A stretch of 64,000 nucleotides of DNA from Bdellovibrionales bacterium (GCA_038144835.1 JAYQON010000001.1:3483-67482), one strand, 5' to 3'. Shown: positions 38,350 to 48,165, numbered from the stretch's first letter. Notes: generated by a model not told the origin, from the letters alone. Program-made: numbers and translations.

Positions 38350-39330
38350 GTGAAAAAAGTTTTGGTTACCGGCGTAGCCGGTTTTATCGCTGCAGAGACA
38401 ACGAGTCAGCTGGTGAGCTCGGGCGTGGAAGTTGTAGGAGTCGATAATTTAAACAACTACTACGATCCGCGATTGAAGCAATATCGTCTCGACAATCTCA
38501 AAAAGAGGTTCTCTGTTGAGTTTCATCATCTTGATATCGAAAATTATCAAGGTTTGGAGAAGATATTTAAAACCCATCGTTTTGATGCAGTTTTAAACCT
38601 CGCAGCGCGTGCGGGAGTGCGGTACAGTCTTGTTAATCCCAACGTATATTTCAGTACTAATTTGATGGGAACGTTAAATCTCCTTGAGCTCATGCGGGCG
38701 TACTCAGTCCCCAAGATAGTTTTGGCTTCGACGTCATCGTTGTATGCAGGAGAGGCCATGCCGTTTTCTGAGAATTCTTCAGTCAATCGACCCATTTCAC
38801 CCTATGCAGCTTCTAAAAAGGCAGCTGAACAGCTTTGTTACACGTACAGCTTTCATTATGGGCTGGATTGCTCAGTTCTGCGGTATTTTACGGTTTATGG
38901 GCCTGCTGGCCGACCAGATATGAGTATTTTGCGATTCATTAAATGGGTTGATACGCAGCAAGAACTTACGCTTTACGGAGATGGAGAACAGAGTCGGGAT
39001 TTTACCTATGTCGAAGACATTGCGCGCGGGACGATATCTGCGGCTCGCCCACTGGGGTATGAGATCATTAATCTTGGAGGGGGGCGCGCGCCTGTAACGC
39101 TGAATCAAATTATCCGTTGGATTGAAGATGGCCTGGGCAAGAAAGCCAGGGTTGTCCAAAAAGCTGCACAAAAAGCTGACATGGTAGATACACAGGCAGA
39201 TATCAGTAAGGCCTATCGTATCCTTGAATGGTCTCCCCAAGTTGATGTCCCCGAAGGACTTCGACGAACTATTAACTGGTATTTAGAAAACCGCGACTTC
39301 ATTGCCAAAATAAATTTGGACGAAAACTAA
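38350..39330 (+). CDS. NAD-dependent epimerase/dehydratase (UDP-sugar 4-epimerase-like SDR)
   Basis: Rossmann motif VLVTGVAGFIAAE, catalytic YAASKKAAE. The ORF is open from TTG 38329, but GTG 38350 gives the usual short N-terminus. Confidence 0.8.
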   Translation: MKKVLVTGVAGFIAAETTSQLVSSGVEVVGVDNLNNYYDPRLKQYRLDNLKKRFSVEFHHLDIENYQGLEKIFKTHRFDAVLNLAARAGVRYSLVNPNVYFSTNLMGTLNLLELMRAYSVPKIVLASTSSLYAGEAMPFSENSSVNRPISPYAASKKAAEQLCYTYSFHYGLDCSVLRYFTVYGPAGRPDMSILRFIKWVDTQQELTLYGDGEQSRDFTYVEDIARGTISAARPLGYEIINLGGGRAPVTLNQIIRWIEDGLGKKARVVQKAAQKADMVDTQADISKAYRILEWSPQVDVPEGLRRTINWYLENRDFIAKINLDEN

Positions 39331-40640
39331 AGCCTATGAATAAGTTTTTTAAGTTCAAGTCGCGCATTCATAATGGTATTTTTTTGATTAAACTTCTGGT
39401 GTTTTCCTTTTCTGACGATAGCGTGGCCATCAATCCAGACATCGCTCACGTCTCGACCAGAACACGAATAAACCAAGGCTGAATAGGGGTCCTCCACAGT
39501 GGCTAACGTGGGATGATCTCTTCTGACAATCACAATGTCAGCGCGTTTACCGGGCTCCAGCGAACCAATTTGCTCTTCTACACCCAAAACTTTGGCGCCA
39601 CCCAAAGTTGCAAGTTCAAAAGCTTCGCGTGCACAAAGGGCCCTTGGGCCAAAGATAGGTTTTTGTAATAGCGCGGCTAAACGAACTTCTACGAAAGGAT
39701 CCATCATATTGTTGCAAGGCGCTCCATCTGCACCAATGCCGATCTTCATACCTTGCCGCAAATAATCTGTTATGTGGGCAATGCCACTGGCTAGTTTAAG
39801 GTTCGAACTGGGGCAATGGGCAAGACCTGATCGGGCTTTTATCATTGCGCGAACTTCGCTTTTGCTCAGATGAATGCCATGGGCAATAACGGCTTTCTCA
39901 TTCAGGCAGCCAATATGCTTGAGGTATTGCACATTGTTCATTCCTGTGCGTTTTTTTACTAGAGCGACTTCACTTTTGTTTTCTGAAGCATGAGTGTGGA
40001 AAATCAATCCATGTTTGTCTTGCAACTCACGGGCTTTGACCAACATTTCTTCAGTACAGGAGATGACAAACCTTGGGCTGATTGCATATTGAATGAGAGG
40101 CGTCTTCAAATGCCATTCACGAATGAGTTTTTCACAGTAGGCTATCGTGTCGAGTGTTGGGCGGTAAAGAGGACCAGCGCTGTCTTTTCTGTCCATCAAG
40201 CAGTTGCCGCCCCAATAGCGCATACCTGATTTTTGCGCTTCTGCGAAGACGACTTCGTGAAGTCTTACAGTGCCCATGTCCAAAACTGAAGTTGTCCCTA
40301 AAAGCTGCATTTCCATAAGTCCCAGGCGGGCAGAGGCACCTAGGCTGTCCCGATTGTGAGCATGTTCGAAAGGCCAAATTCGTTTTTTCAGCCAGTCCAA
40401 AAGTTCAAGATCGTCAGCGAGTCCGCGAAAAAGTATCTGGCAGAGATGGGTATGAGTCTGAATTAAACCAGGTATTACGAAACCATCATGAGCGTCGACA
40501 ATATTTTCATTGCTTTGTGGATTGAGTTGCTTGGCAAGGCCAATGATTTCACCGTTTTTAAAACGCAGGTCGCCTTTAAAAACCTGGCGTTTGGTGTTCA
40601 TGGTTACAAGAATTCCATTGCGGATTAACGTTGATCTCAT
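39327..40640 (-). CDS. Amidohydrolase-superfamily deaminase (TRZ/ATZ, MtaD-like nucleoside/nucleobase deaminase)
   Basis: Metal-binding HTHLCQ...FRGLADDLELLDWL, and later HASE and HGIH motifs. 4-nt overlap with the upstream PNP gene. Confidence 0.75.
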   Translation of the reverse strand: MRSTLIRNGILVTMNTKRQVFKGDLRFKNGEIIGLAKQLNPQSNENIVDAHDGFVIPGLIQTHTHLCQILFRGLADDLELLDWLKKRIWPFEHAHNRDSLGASARLGLMEMQLLGTTSVLDMGTVRLHEVVFAEAQKSGMRYWGGNCLMDRKDSAGPLYRPTLDTIAYCEKLIREWHLKTPLIQYAISPRFVISCTEEMLVKARELQDKHGLIFHTHASENKSEVALVKKRTGMNNVQYLKHIGCLNEKAVIAHGIHLSKSEVRAMIKARSGLAHCPSSNLKLASGIAHITDYLRQGMKIGIGADGAPCNNMMDPFVEVRLAALLQKPIFGPRALCAREAFELATLGGAKVLGVEEQIGSLEPGKRADIVIVRRDHPTLATVEDPYSALVYSCSGRDVSDVWIDGHAIVRKGKHQKFNQKNTIMNARLELKKLIHRL

Positions 40641-41461
40641 AAGAGCGGTTTGATGGATCGGGTAAATCTAGTCAATACCCGTCTGAATTTTTTCTCAGCT
40701 AGGCTCGCGGCTTCTTTCACTTCATCATGGGTCAACTTTTTCTTGTGCAGACCAGTTCCTAGGTTTGTGATTAAACTCAGACCGGCAACGCGCAGGCCGG
40801 CGTGTCGGGCGGCAATGACTTCCGCGACTGTTGACATACCCACGGCATCACCGCCAATTTTACTAAAGAAGCGAATTTCAGCGGCAGTTTCATAGGTGGG
40901 TCCGAGAACTCCAACGTAAACGCCCTGGTGATGTCGCACCTTCTCTTTGACGAGAGCTTTCTTGAGTAGCGAGCTCAATTGATTGTCGTACGGCTCAGTC
41001 ATATCCACAAAGCGAGGTCCTAACGCCGAATTATGGCCACGCAAAGGGTTATCTCCCGTCATATTGATATGGTCGCGGATAAGCATGAAGTCTCCAGGCC
41101 GCATTTTTCGTAACAGGCCTCCTGCGGCATTGGTCACGGTCAAAAAACGAACCCCCAATCTCGCAAGCGTGCGCACGGGATAAACGACCTGCTGAGGGCT
41201 AAGGCCTTCATACGCATGCAAACGGCCGAGCATAACTGCAACTGATACGCCCTCAATTTGACCGAGCACCAATTTTCCTGGATGGCCTTCAATTGTTGAG
41301 CCATTAAAGTGCGGCAATTCATTGAATGCAAACTCATGACTTATGGAAATTTCTTTGGCGAAACCAGAAAGCCCCGACCCCAATATAAATCCGAGCTGTG
41401 GCTTTACGTTGATGCGTTTTTTTATGTATTTTAAGGTTTCATTTAATTGAGAATCTATCAT
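40637..41461 (-). CDS. Purine nucleoside phosphorylase (PNP/MTAP family)
   Basis: 274 aa with FILGSGLSGF, HAYEG and VGMSTVAEVI motifs of trimeric-type PNPs. Confidence 0.85.
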   Translation of the reverse strand: MIDSQLNETLKYIKKRINVKPQLGFILGSGLSGFAKEISISHEFAFNELPHFNGSTIEGHPGKLVLGQIEGVSVAVMLGRLHAYEGLSPQQVVYPVRTLARLGVRFLTVTNAAGGLLRKMRPGDFMLIRDHINMTGDNPLRGHNSALGPRFVDMTEPYDNQLSSLLKKALVKEKVRHHQGVYVGVLGPTYETAAEIRFFSKIGGDAVGMSTVAEVIAARHAGLRVAGLSLITNLGTGLHKKKLTHDEVKEAASLAEKKFRRVLTRFTRSIKPLL

Positions 41462-42771
41462 GTGATTACCTTTGCTATCAGAGGAGAGCGACTGGGCGGT
41501 TGCATTTGGATGATGAAAGAGCCACTAAGCTCCGCGTGCGCTGCTTGCGCTCTTGAATGATTGTTATGAAAAAGATGAAACAGCACATCGCCGCGCTGAA
41601 CTCTTTCACCCTGCTCGCGTAGAACTTCAATCCCAGCTGAATAATCCAATTGATCCGATTGAAATTTACGGCCAGCTCCAAGGTGAATTCCCGCCAGCCC
41701 CATTTTCTCCAGATTCGTGAAGCACAAATATCCTTCATTCTGAGCGCGAACTTCTTCCTGATAGCGGCTTTTGGGAAGCCCGCATTCTAGGTTTGCACCT
41801 TGAGCAATACACATTTCGGAAAATTTTTTGAGTGCAGATCCATTGTTGAGAAGCTCTACCGCCAACGAGCGAGCCGATTTAAGGTCGGTGGATTTGCCAC
41901 CTAAAAAAATCATGTGGGCAGCTAGTTCAAGGGTGAGTTGTATAATATCACTATATCCTTTACCTTCAACCGGTGCGGACTTACCTTCCATGATATCAAG
42001 ACATTCGCGGACTTCCAGAGCGTTGCCAATAAATCTTCCCAAAGGCTCATCCATGCGAGTAATCAGAGCCCGAGTTTTTTTTCCGGATTGAGTACCGATG
42101 GAACACAAGGTCTGTGCGAGGAGTTCAGCCTCGGCAAGGTTTTTCATGAAAGCGCCAGAACCAAATTTGACATCCAAAAGCAAAGCAGACATTCCTTCAG
42201 CGAGTTTTTTGGACATAATGCTGCCGCAAATTAAAGGAAGAGAATCTATTGTCCCTGTGACGTCACGAAGGGCGTAAAGTTTACGGTCGGCTGGACACAT
42301 TTCTTTGGTCTGACCGTTGATGGCACAGCCAATTTTTTCCAACTGGCTTTGAAAGTGATGTAGGTCCATTTGTACATTGAAACCTGAAATGCTCTCAAGT
42401 TTATCTAAGGTGCCTCCAGTGTGCCCCAAGCCTCGGCCAGCCATCATGGGAACGGGAATCCCCGCAGCAGCCACGAGAGGAGCTAGAATAAGGCTAGTTT
42501 TGTCGCCCAGCCCACCAGTGCTATGCTTGTCAACAGTCATGCCCAAAGCACTTAAGTCCAGAACAACACCAGAGTCGCGCATTTCCTGGGTGAGCCAAAC
42601 CGTTTCACGTTCGCTCATGCCTCGCAGACAGACAGCCATGAGCCAGGCGGCCATTTGGTAATCTGGAATTTGGTCATGAGTGAATCCTTGGATTAAAAAA
42701 TTCAATTCTTCACGTGTGTGTTCGCCAGCAAAACGCTTTTTACGGATAATTTGTGAGGGAAGAAAGTCCAT
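41458..42771 (-). CDS. deoA: Thymidine/pyrimidine-nucleoside phosphorylase
   Basis: IIRKKR...G, DKHSTGGLGDKTSL and GRGLGHTGGTLDKLE motifs. Confidence 0.9.
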   Translation of the reverse strand: MDFLPSQIIRKKRFAGEHTREELNFLIQGFTHDQIPDYQMAAWLMAVCLRGMSERETVWLTQEMRDSGVVLDLSALGMTVDKHSTGGLGDKTSLILAPLVAAAGIPVPMMAGRGLGHTGGTLDKLESISGFNVQMDLHHFQSQLEKIGCAINGQTKEMCPADRKLYALRDVTGTIDSLPLICGSIMSKKLAEGMSALLLDVKFGSGAFMKNLAEAELLAQTLCSIGTQSGKKTRALITRMDEPLGRFIGNALEVRECLDIMEGKSAPVEGKGYSDIIQLTLELAAHMIFLGGKSTDLKSARSLAVELLNNGSALKKFSEMCIAQGANLECGLPKSRYQEEVRAQNEGYLCFTNLEKMGLAGIHLGAGRKFQSDQLDYSAGIEVLREQGERVQRGDVLFHLFHNNHSRAQAAHAELSGSFIIQMQPPSRSPLIAKVIT

Positions 42772-43451
42772 TAATAACCTCCTTCAACAACACCGTCACT
42801 GAGCAAGCTCACTCCCGAGCTGGTGCCGATACGGTTCGCTCCAGCTTGCACCATATTAATCAGTGTTTGTTTGTCACGAATGCCCCCGCTCGCTTTAACT
42901 CCAAATGTTTCGCCGACGGCCTCGCGCATGAGTCTAACATGTTCGACTCTGGCTCCACCAACACCAAACCCGCTTGATGTTTTAACAAAATGGGCGCCGC
43001 CTTGAATGACGAGATTGCACGCGCGCACGATTTCTGTGTCGCTCAACGAAGCACTTTCCAAGATAACCTTGACGGTTTGGCCATTAGCCGCTTGCACAAC
43101 AGCTCGGATATCGTTTTCAACGGTTTCGTTATCACCTTCCTTAAAAGCGCCAAGGTTCATTACCATATCGATTTCCGTGGCACCTTCGGCAATCGCCGTT
43201 TCTGTCTCGACGGCTTTTACATGACTGCAATTCGCGCCTAGAGGAAAACCAACAACCGTGCAAACCTTAATAGGTGAATTCCTTAATAGGTCCGCGGCTA
43301 AGCGGACACGGAAGGGTTGAATGCAAACGCTGGCAAAACCAAAATTCAACGCTTCAGCACATAGTTTTTTGATGTCGTTGCTCGAAGCCTCTGGCTTAAG
43401 AAGAGTGTGATCGATAAGCGCGGCGAGCGCGCCTTGCGTTAAGCGAGGCAT
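42771..43451 (-). CDS. deoC: Deoxyribose-phosphate aldolase
   Basis: IDHTLLKPEAS N-terminus and the Schiff-base lysine context FGVKASGGIRD. Its stop overlaps the deoA start by 1 nt (TAATG). Confidence 0.9.
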   Translation of the reverse strand: MPRLTQGALAALIDHTLLKPEASSNDIKKLCAEALNFGFASVCIQPFRVRLAADLLRNSPIKVCTVVGFPLGANCSHVKAVETETAIAEGATEIDMVMNLGAFKEGDNETVENDIRAVVQAANGQTVKVILESASLSDTEIVRACNLVIQGGAHFVKTSSGFGVGGARVEHVRLMREAVGETFGVKASGGIRDKQTLINMVQAGANRIGTSSGVSLLSDGVVEGGY

Positions 43452-43495
43452 AAAGTCCTTTCAAAACAGCGGTCCGCATCCTAATTTGAATAGGA

Positions 43496-43783
43496 ATGGG
43501 TAACCCTACAAAACACTACTTGATTTCTGGCCGAGTTCAAGGGGTTGGGTTCCGTGCTCACACTCAGCGTTGGGGACTCAAGCTGAAGCTCTTGGGTTGG
43601 GTGCGCAATTTGAGTGATGGCCGCGTGGAAGCCTTGGCGCGAGGATCGGCGGGAGCTTTATTGCAATTCGAACGGCACTTACGGCAGGGTCCAGCGAGGG
43701 CTTCCGTGATCAGCTTAGAAATTACAGACTGGGATGGTCATGAAGAACTCCCCGAATTCGAAGTGAGAAAGGACGGCATTTAG
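43496..43783 (+). CDS. Acylphosphatase
   Basis: 95 aa with ISGRVQGVGFR and GWVRNLSDGRVE motifs. Confidence 0.85.
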   Translation: MGNPTKHYLISGRVQGVGFRAHTQRWGLKLKLLGWVRNLSDGRVEALARGSAGALLQFERHLRQGPARASVISLEITDWDGHEELPEFEVRKDGI

Positions 43784-43785
43784 TC

Positions 43786-44217
43786 ATGTTGCAAATAATC
43801 TTAAAGCGGTTTTTATGTTTGAGTTTAGCGGTTGGGATGTCTCCTGTTTTTGCGCAAATGACATCAAAGGGTCGAGAGGCAGGGTCAAAGGGCCCAAGAA
43901 AACAAATAACAACGATCGTTTTTGCCGGCCTTGCAGGGGCCGTTCTAGGTCTATCGACTCTGAGCTTTTATGGACGTCCGCAAGATAAGTTGTCTAATAT
44001 TGCGGTAGGTTTTGCCGTGGGTGTGATTGGCGGGACTGCCTTTACAACCTTTCAAGCGGCCACAAATCCGCGAGAATTTTATAATCGCAATGAATATCCA
44101 GGAACACAGGACATAGCCTTCGCCGATCGTTCCTCAGCCCAAACACTTGGGCTACTCGATACGGCTAGACCAAGCCTAGCAGCATCGCCAGTTTTTTCTC
44201 TGAGCTTTGTATTTTGA
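43786..44217 (+). CDS. Small secreted/membrane protein with glycine-zipper-like segments
   Basis: Signal peptide (LAVGMSPVFAQ), GLAGAVLGL and GFAVGVIGGTA glycine-zipper stretches, and a C-terminal aromatic end SFVF. Confidence 0.45.
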   Translation: MLQIILKRFLCLSLAVGMSPVFAQMTSKGREAGSKGPRKQITTIVFAGLAGAVLGLSTLSFYGRPQDKLSNIAVGFAVGVIGGTAFTTFQAATNPREFYNRNEYPGTQDIAFADRSSAQTLGLLDTARPSLAASPVFSLSFVF

Positions 44218-44223
44218 TCTCTT

Positions 44224-45390
44224 TTAAGGTTTGCGCTTCAATAAACCGGTTACACCCTTGTCGTCGCTCACGCTGGTGATTTTGAGATTTGAGTTACCAG
44301 CAACGGAGCCTGATCGCAGCGTCACTTGGGTTCCCCCAGACATGGATTCCGTTTTTCGCTCTTTTTTGCCTAAGAAGATATCAGCCAATTGTTTATCAAC
44401 TCGTCCTTCAGAGACCAGCCTGCCGAGGTGATATTCAAAGGTCATCATTCCCAATTCCATCTGTGTTTGCATTATGGATGGCACCTGGTGGGTTTTACCT
44501 TCGCGTACCAGATTGGCAACGGCATGGGTGTTAGTTAACACCTCAAAGGCAGCAACGCGACCGGGTTTGTCGGCGCGAGGAAAAAGATTTTGCGCAACGA
44601 CTCCACGCAGACTTTCAGAGAGCATCACGCGAATTTGGGCCTGTTGACCTTCGGGAAATACGTCGATGATGCGATCAATGGTCTTGGCGGCATTGTTGGT
44701 GTGTAGGGTGCCGAACACAAGATGCCCCGTCTCGGCGGCAGTCATCGCGAGCTGAATAGTTTCAAGGTCGCGCAATTCTCCTACAAGAATAATATCTGGG
44801 TCTTCGCGGAGAGCGGCGCGTAGGGCATTTGAAAAAGATTTGGTATGACTCGAAACCTCTCTCTGATTGATCAGTGACATCTGATTCTCATGGACGAATT
44901 CAATTGGATCTTCGATTGTGATGATATGTTCTTTGCGAGTGGTGTTGATTTCATGAATTAAGGCTGCGAGAGTCGTGGATTTTCCAGAGCCAGTCGGGCC
45001 AGTCACTAAGACGAGGCCACGTGGCGTATCGATCAAATCCAGGATGGATTTAGGCAAATTCATGTCTTTAGCGCTACGAATAAGTTCAGGAATGACGCGA
45101 AAGACGCCGCCCATTCCGCGCCTTTGCATGAACACATTTACGCGAAAACGACCGGTACCAGGAACTTGATAACTGGTGTCGAGCTCCCAATTTTCTAGCA
45201 AATTACGTTTTTGTTTGTCGTTGAGAATCTCAAAGATCAGGGACTGGATAGCGTCGTTTTCTAGTGGGGGATGATTGAGTTGTACCATTTCGCCGTGAAT
45301 TCGAAAAAAGGGCGACGAGCCCGCAGACAGGTGCATATCCGAGGCGTTCTGCTGGACCATTAATCTAAACAGTTTATCTATTTCGGCCAT
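44224..45390 (-). CDS. pilT: Type IV pilus retraction ATPase PilT/PilU family
   Basis: Walker A GPTGSGKST, Asp box, Walker B ILVGELRD, His box GHLVFGTLHT and AIRNLIRE-like ANLVREGK. Carries a ~40-aa C-terminal extension. Confidence 0.85.
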   Translation of the reverse strand: MAEIDKLFRLMVQQNASDMHLSAGSSPFFRIHGEMVQLNHPPLENDAIQSLIFEILNDKQKRNLLENWELDTSYQVPGTGRFRVNVFMQRRGMGGVFRVIPELIRSAKDMNLPKSILDLIDTPRGLVLVTGPTGSGKSTTLAALIHEINTTRKEHIITIEDPIEFVHENQMSLINQREVSSHTKSFSNALRAALREDPDIILVGELRDLETIQLAMTAAETGHLVFGTLHTNNAAKTIDRIIDVFPEGQQAQIRVMLSESLRGVVAQNLFPRADKPGRVAAFEVLTNTHAVANLVREGKTHQVPSIMQTQMELGMMTFEYHLGRLVSEGRVDKQLADIFLGKKERKTESMSGGTQVTLRSGSVAGNSNLKITSVSDDKGVTGLLKRKP

Positions 45391-45469
45391 GTAAAATCTT
45401 TCGGAAATATCGCGACTTTACTTAATGAGCGAACTTGTAGCCGGCTCTAAGTTTGTATAAGCTGCGGCC

Positions 45470-47032
45470 ATGTCCGCAGAAATTTTGATAAATGTGCGCC
45501 CAAATCTGACCCGAGTCGCCTATGTTGATGACGGGATCCTTAACGATCTTAAGATAGAGCGCAGAGGTTCACCTACCTTGGTAGGGTCCATATACAAAGG
45601 TCGAGTGGTTCGCGTGCTCCCAGGGATGCAAGCCGCTTTTGTCGACATTGGGTTGGAGCGAGCCGCATTTTTATATGTGGCGGACGTGAGGGCCGACTTA
45701 GATTCAAACTCAAACCTGTTTGTCGATCATGAAGATCAAGGCAGCGAGAATGAGCGTTCTGACCAGGACGATAGCGGTGCGACCTTGGCTTCCCCGGCTC
45801 CCATTCAAGATCTCTTGCATGAGGGCCAGATCATAATGGTTCAGGTAGCCAAAGATCCTTTGGGCACAAAGGGAGCTCGTATAACCACGCATATTTCCCT
45901 CGCTGGTCGTCACTTGGTGTATATGCCCACCCTTATCCATTTAGGTGTCTCTCGCCGGATCGCAGACGAAAATGAACGTCATCGCTTGTTGTCGATCATG
46001 GAAAGCCTTAAGCCTGAAGGGGGCGTTATTATCCGCACGGCTTGCGAGGGAGCATCTGCCGAAGCCTTGTCTGCGGATTTGGATTACCTCAATCGCATTT
46101 GGAGTGAAGTTGAAAAGGCTTATGAGAGACGTAAATCTCCGGGTTTGATTCATGGCGAAATCGATGTTGAGCTTCGCGCCTTGAGGGATCTGCTTAATGA
46201 ACGAGTGACTAAAGTCATTGTCGATGACTCAAAGGTTCATAAGAAGGTCGTCAATTTTATTAATCAGTTTATGCCTAAGCACGGTAAGTCAGTGGTCCAG
46301 CATTCGGGTCCACAACCACTGTTTGATCTCTATGACCTCGACCTTGAAATCTCGCGTTCTCTGGATAGGAAAATTTGGCTCAAGTCAGGTGGATACATTG
46401 TCATTGATGAGGCTGAAGCCCTGGTCGTCATTGATGTAAACACGGGTCGGTATGTGGGCAAGAAGGACCTTGAGGACACCATTCTTAAAACTAACCTTGA
46501 GGCCATCAAAGAGATTGTCCATCAGTTGCGAATACGTAATTGCGGCGGCATCATAATCATTGATTTCATTGATATGGAAAAGACAGTTCACCGCGAAAAG
46601 GTCCTTAATCAGCTACAGATTGAGCTCCAAAATGACTTGGCTAAAACCGCAGTGGTGTCCATGTCTGAACTGGGTTTGGTGGAAATGACCCGCAAACGTA
46701 CGCGTCCCAGCCTTGTTTCTTCGCTTTGTGAACCTTGCTCTTACTGTGAGGGCAAGGGCTATATAAAGCGAAAGAGCACCGTGGCCCAGGAGATCTTTGT
46801 TGCGCTGGAACGAGAAGTTTTGCGCGGCAAGGCAGGAACTAACGCCATAGTTCACTGTCACAGTGCTGTTGCCGATTGGATTTATGCGGAGGAGCAGGAA
46901 ACACTGGAGGCCATAGAAGCAAAGATTCAGCGGCCAGTCATTTTTAAGGTTGAGCCCAATTATCACATCGAGCAATTTGAGATTTATTCGCAGCTTCCTA
47001 TTCCTCAGGGTCCTGTTCAGGCGGGGAGCTAA
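45470..47032 (+). CDS. rng: Ribonuclease G / Rne-Rng family endoribonuclease
   Basis: S1 domain (GSIYKGRVVRVLPGMQAAFVDIG), the DNase-I-like and Zn-link region (CEPCSYCEGKG), and a size of 520 aa typical of RNase G. Confidence 0.85.
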   Translation: MSAEILINVRPNLTRVAYVDDGILNDLKIERRGSPTLVGSIYKGRVVRVLPGMQAAFVDIGLERAAFLYVADVRADLDSNSNLFVDHEDQGSENERSDQDDSGATLASPAPIQDLLHEGQIIMVQVAKDPLGTKGARITTHISLAGRHLVYMPTLIHLGVSRRIADENERHRLLSIMESLKPEGGVIIRTACEGASAEALSADLDYLNRIWSEVEKAYERRKSPGLIHGEIDVELRALRDLLNERVTKVIVDDSKVHKKVVNFINQFMPKHGKSVVQHSGPQPLFDLYDLDLEISRSLDRKIWLKSGGYIVIDEAEALVVIDVNTGRYVGKKDLEDTILKTNLEAIKEIVHQLRIRNCGGIIIIDFIDMEKTVHREKVLNQLQIELQNDLAKTAVVSMSELGLVEMTRKRTRPSLVSSLCEPCSYCEGKGYIKRKSTVAQEIFVALEREVLRGKAGTNAIVHCHSAVADWIYAEEQETLEAIEAKIQRPVIFKVEPNYHIEQFEIYSQLPIPQGPVQAGS

Positions 47033-47089
47033 GTCTTCGGAGTGCCTCATATTTTTGCTTCCTAAGGGACTTCGCGGGCGACTTGATGT

Positions 47090-47120
47090 AAGCCTCATCA
47101 GCGGAACTGAGGCTTTACTG
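47090..47120 (+). terminator. Candidate terminator hairpin downstream of rng
   Basis: 8-bp stem AAGCCTCA/TGAGGCTT with a 10-nt loop, followed by the moderately T-rich TTACTGTTG. Confidence 0.35.
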
Positions 47121-47210
47121 TTGAAATCTTAAGCGGAATTATTGACTTAGGTAGGGCGGCGTGGCAATCAGATCCATTCCTATTGGAAGAGCTTTCGGAG
47201 GTTCTTAAAA

Positions 47211-47792
47211 ATGTACGCCATTATCAAGGCCGGCGGAAAACAGTACACAGTTAAACCCGGCGACGTTCTGCGCGTTGAAAAACTCGATGCGGATCTGGGT
47301 GCAGAACTCAAATTGACCGACGTACTGATGGTCGGTGGTGAAAAAACGTTTGTCGGTGATAACGCAGGTAAGGCAAGTGTGACTGTCGTTGTTACGAATC
47401 AGCAGCGTGGGCCCAAACTCATCGTTTTCAAGAAGAAGCGCCGTCAAGGCTACAGGCGTATGGGCGGACATCGTCAGCCCTACACTGAGTTGTTTGTGAA
47501 GTCGATCACAAGCCCTGAGGGGCAGGTAGCAAACGCAGAAAACAAACCACGAATTTTTGATCCTGAAAAACGTGCTGAAAAACAAGCTAAGCGTCAGGAA
47601 ATTTTGAGCCAGAAGCGGCTTGCTGCCCGTAAGGCTGGGACTAAAGGACCGGCTGCTGAACCCAAACAAGTAGCCAAAAAGAAGGCCGCCCCAAAGAAAA
47701 AGGCAGCTGCAAAAAAAGGAACCGGTAAAAAAGCTGCGGTGAAAAAGACAGCGGCCAAGAAGACCGCCACCAAGAAAACGAAGAAGATGTAA
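47211..47792 (+). CDS. rplU: 50S ribosomal protein L21 with ~90-aa Lys/Ala-rich C-terminal extension
   Basis: MYAIIKAGGKQYTVKPGDVLRVEKL... is a canonical L21 core of about 100 aa. It is followed by a tail ending KKAAPKKKAAAKKGTGKKAAVKKTAAKKTATKKTKKM. GGAGG RBS upstream. Confidence 0.9.
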   Translation: MYAIIKAGGKQYTVKPGDVLRVEKLDADLGAELKLTDVLMVGGEKTFVGDNAGKASVTVVVTNQQRGPKLIVFKKKRRQGYRRMGGHRQPYTELFVKSITSPEGQVANAENKPRIFDPEKRAEKQAKRQEILSQKRLAARKAGTKGPAAEPKQVAKKKAAPKKKAAAKKGTGKKAAVKKTAAKKTATKKTKKM

Positions 47793-47809
47793 GGACGAGG
47801 TGAAAGACC

Positions 47810-48082
47810 ATGGCATCAAAAAAAGCAGCAGGTAGTACAAAGAACGGACGCGAATCACAGAGTAAGCGTTTGGGTGTAAAGCGCTTTGGCGGTCAAAATG
47901 TTCTGCCAGGCACAATTATTGTTCGTCAGCGCGGTACGAAATTTTATCCCGGCCGTAATGTCAAGATGGGCCGTGATTTCACTATTTACTCAGTTCTCGA
48001 GGGTCAGGTGAAATTCGAGCGAGTAAGCAAAGAGAAGTTTAAAATCAGTGTATACCCAAAGGTATCGGCCTCCGTGGCCTAA
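47810..48082 (+). CDS. rpmA: 50S ribosomal protein L27
   Basis: [22 protein letters not shown]...[15 protein letters not shown] is the canonical L27 sequence. Confidence 0.95.
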   Translation: MASKKAAGSTKNGRESQSKRLGVKRFGGQNVLPGTIIVRQRGTKFYPGRNVKMGRDFTIYSVLEGQVKFERVSKEKFKISVYPKVSASVA

Positions 48083-48128
48083 AGCCTTGGCAAATACTCT
48101 GTTCTGATTTGGAAACCTATTTAAGCTG

Positions 48129-48160
48129 AAAAGCCCAGTCTGAAGATTGGGCTTTTTTTT
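48129..48160 (+). terminator. Intrinsic terminator/attenuator between rpmA and obg
   Basis: Stem GCCCAGTC/GATTGGGC (one G-U pair), TGAA loop, A-tract upstream and T8 downstream. The T-tract ends 5 nt before the obg ATG. Confidence 0.6.
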
Positions 48161-48165
48161 GAGTT

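Noticed and set aside
47205-47915. A 236-aa minus-strand ORF antisense to rplU/rpmA.
   Set aside because: It is a Phe/Leu-rich shadow of the Lys/Ala-rich (AAG/AAA/GCN) codons of the L21 tail. It has no RBS and overlaps two ribosomal protein genes that are certain.
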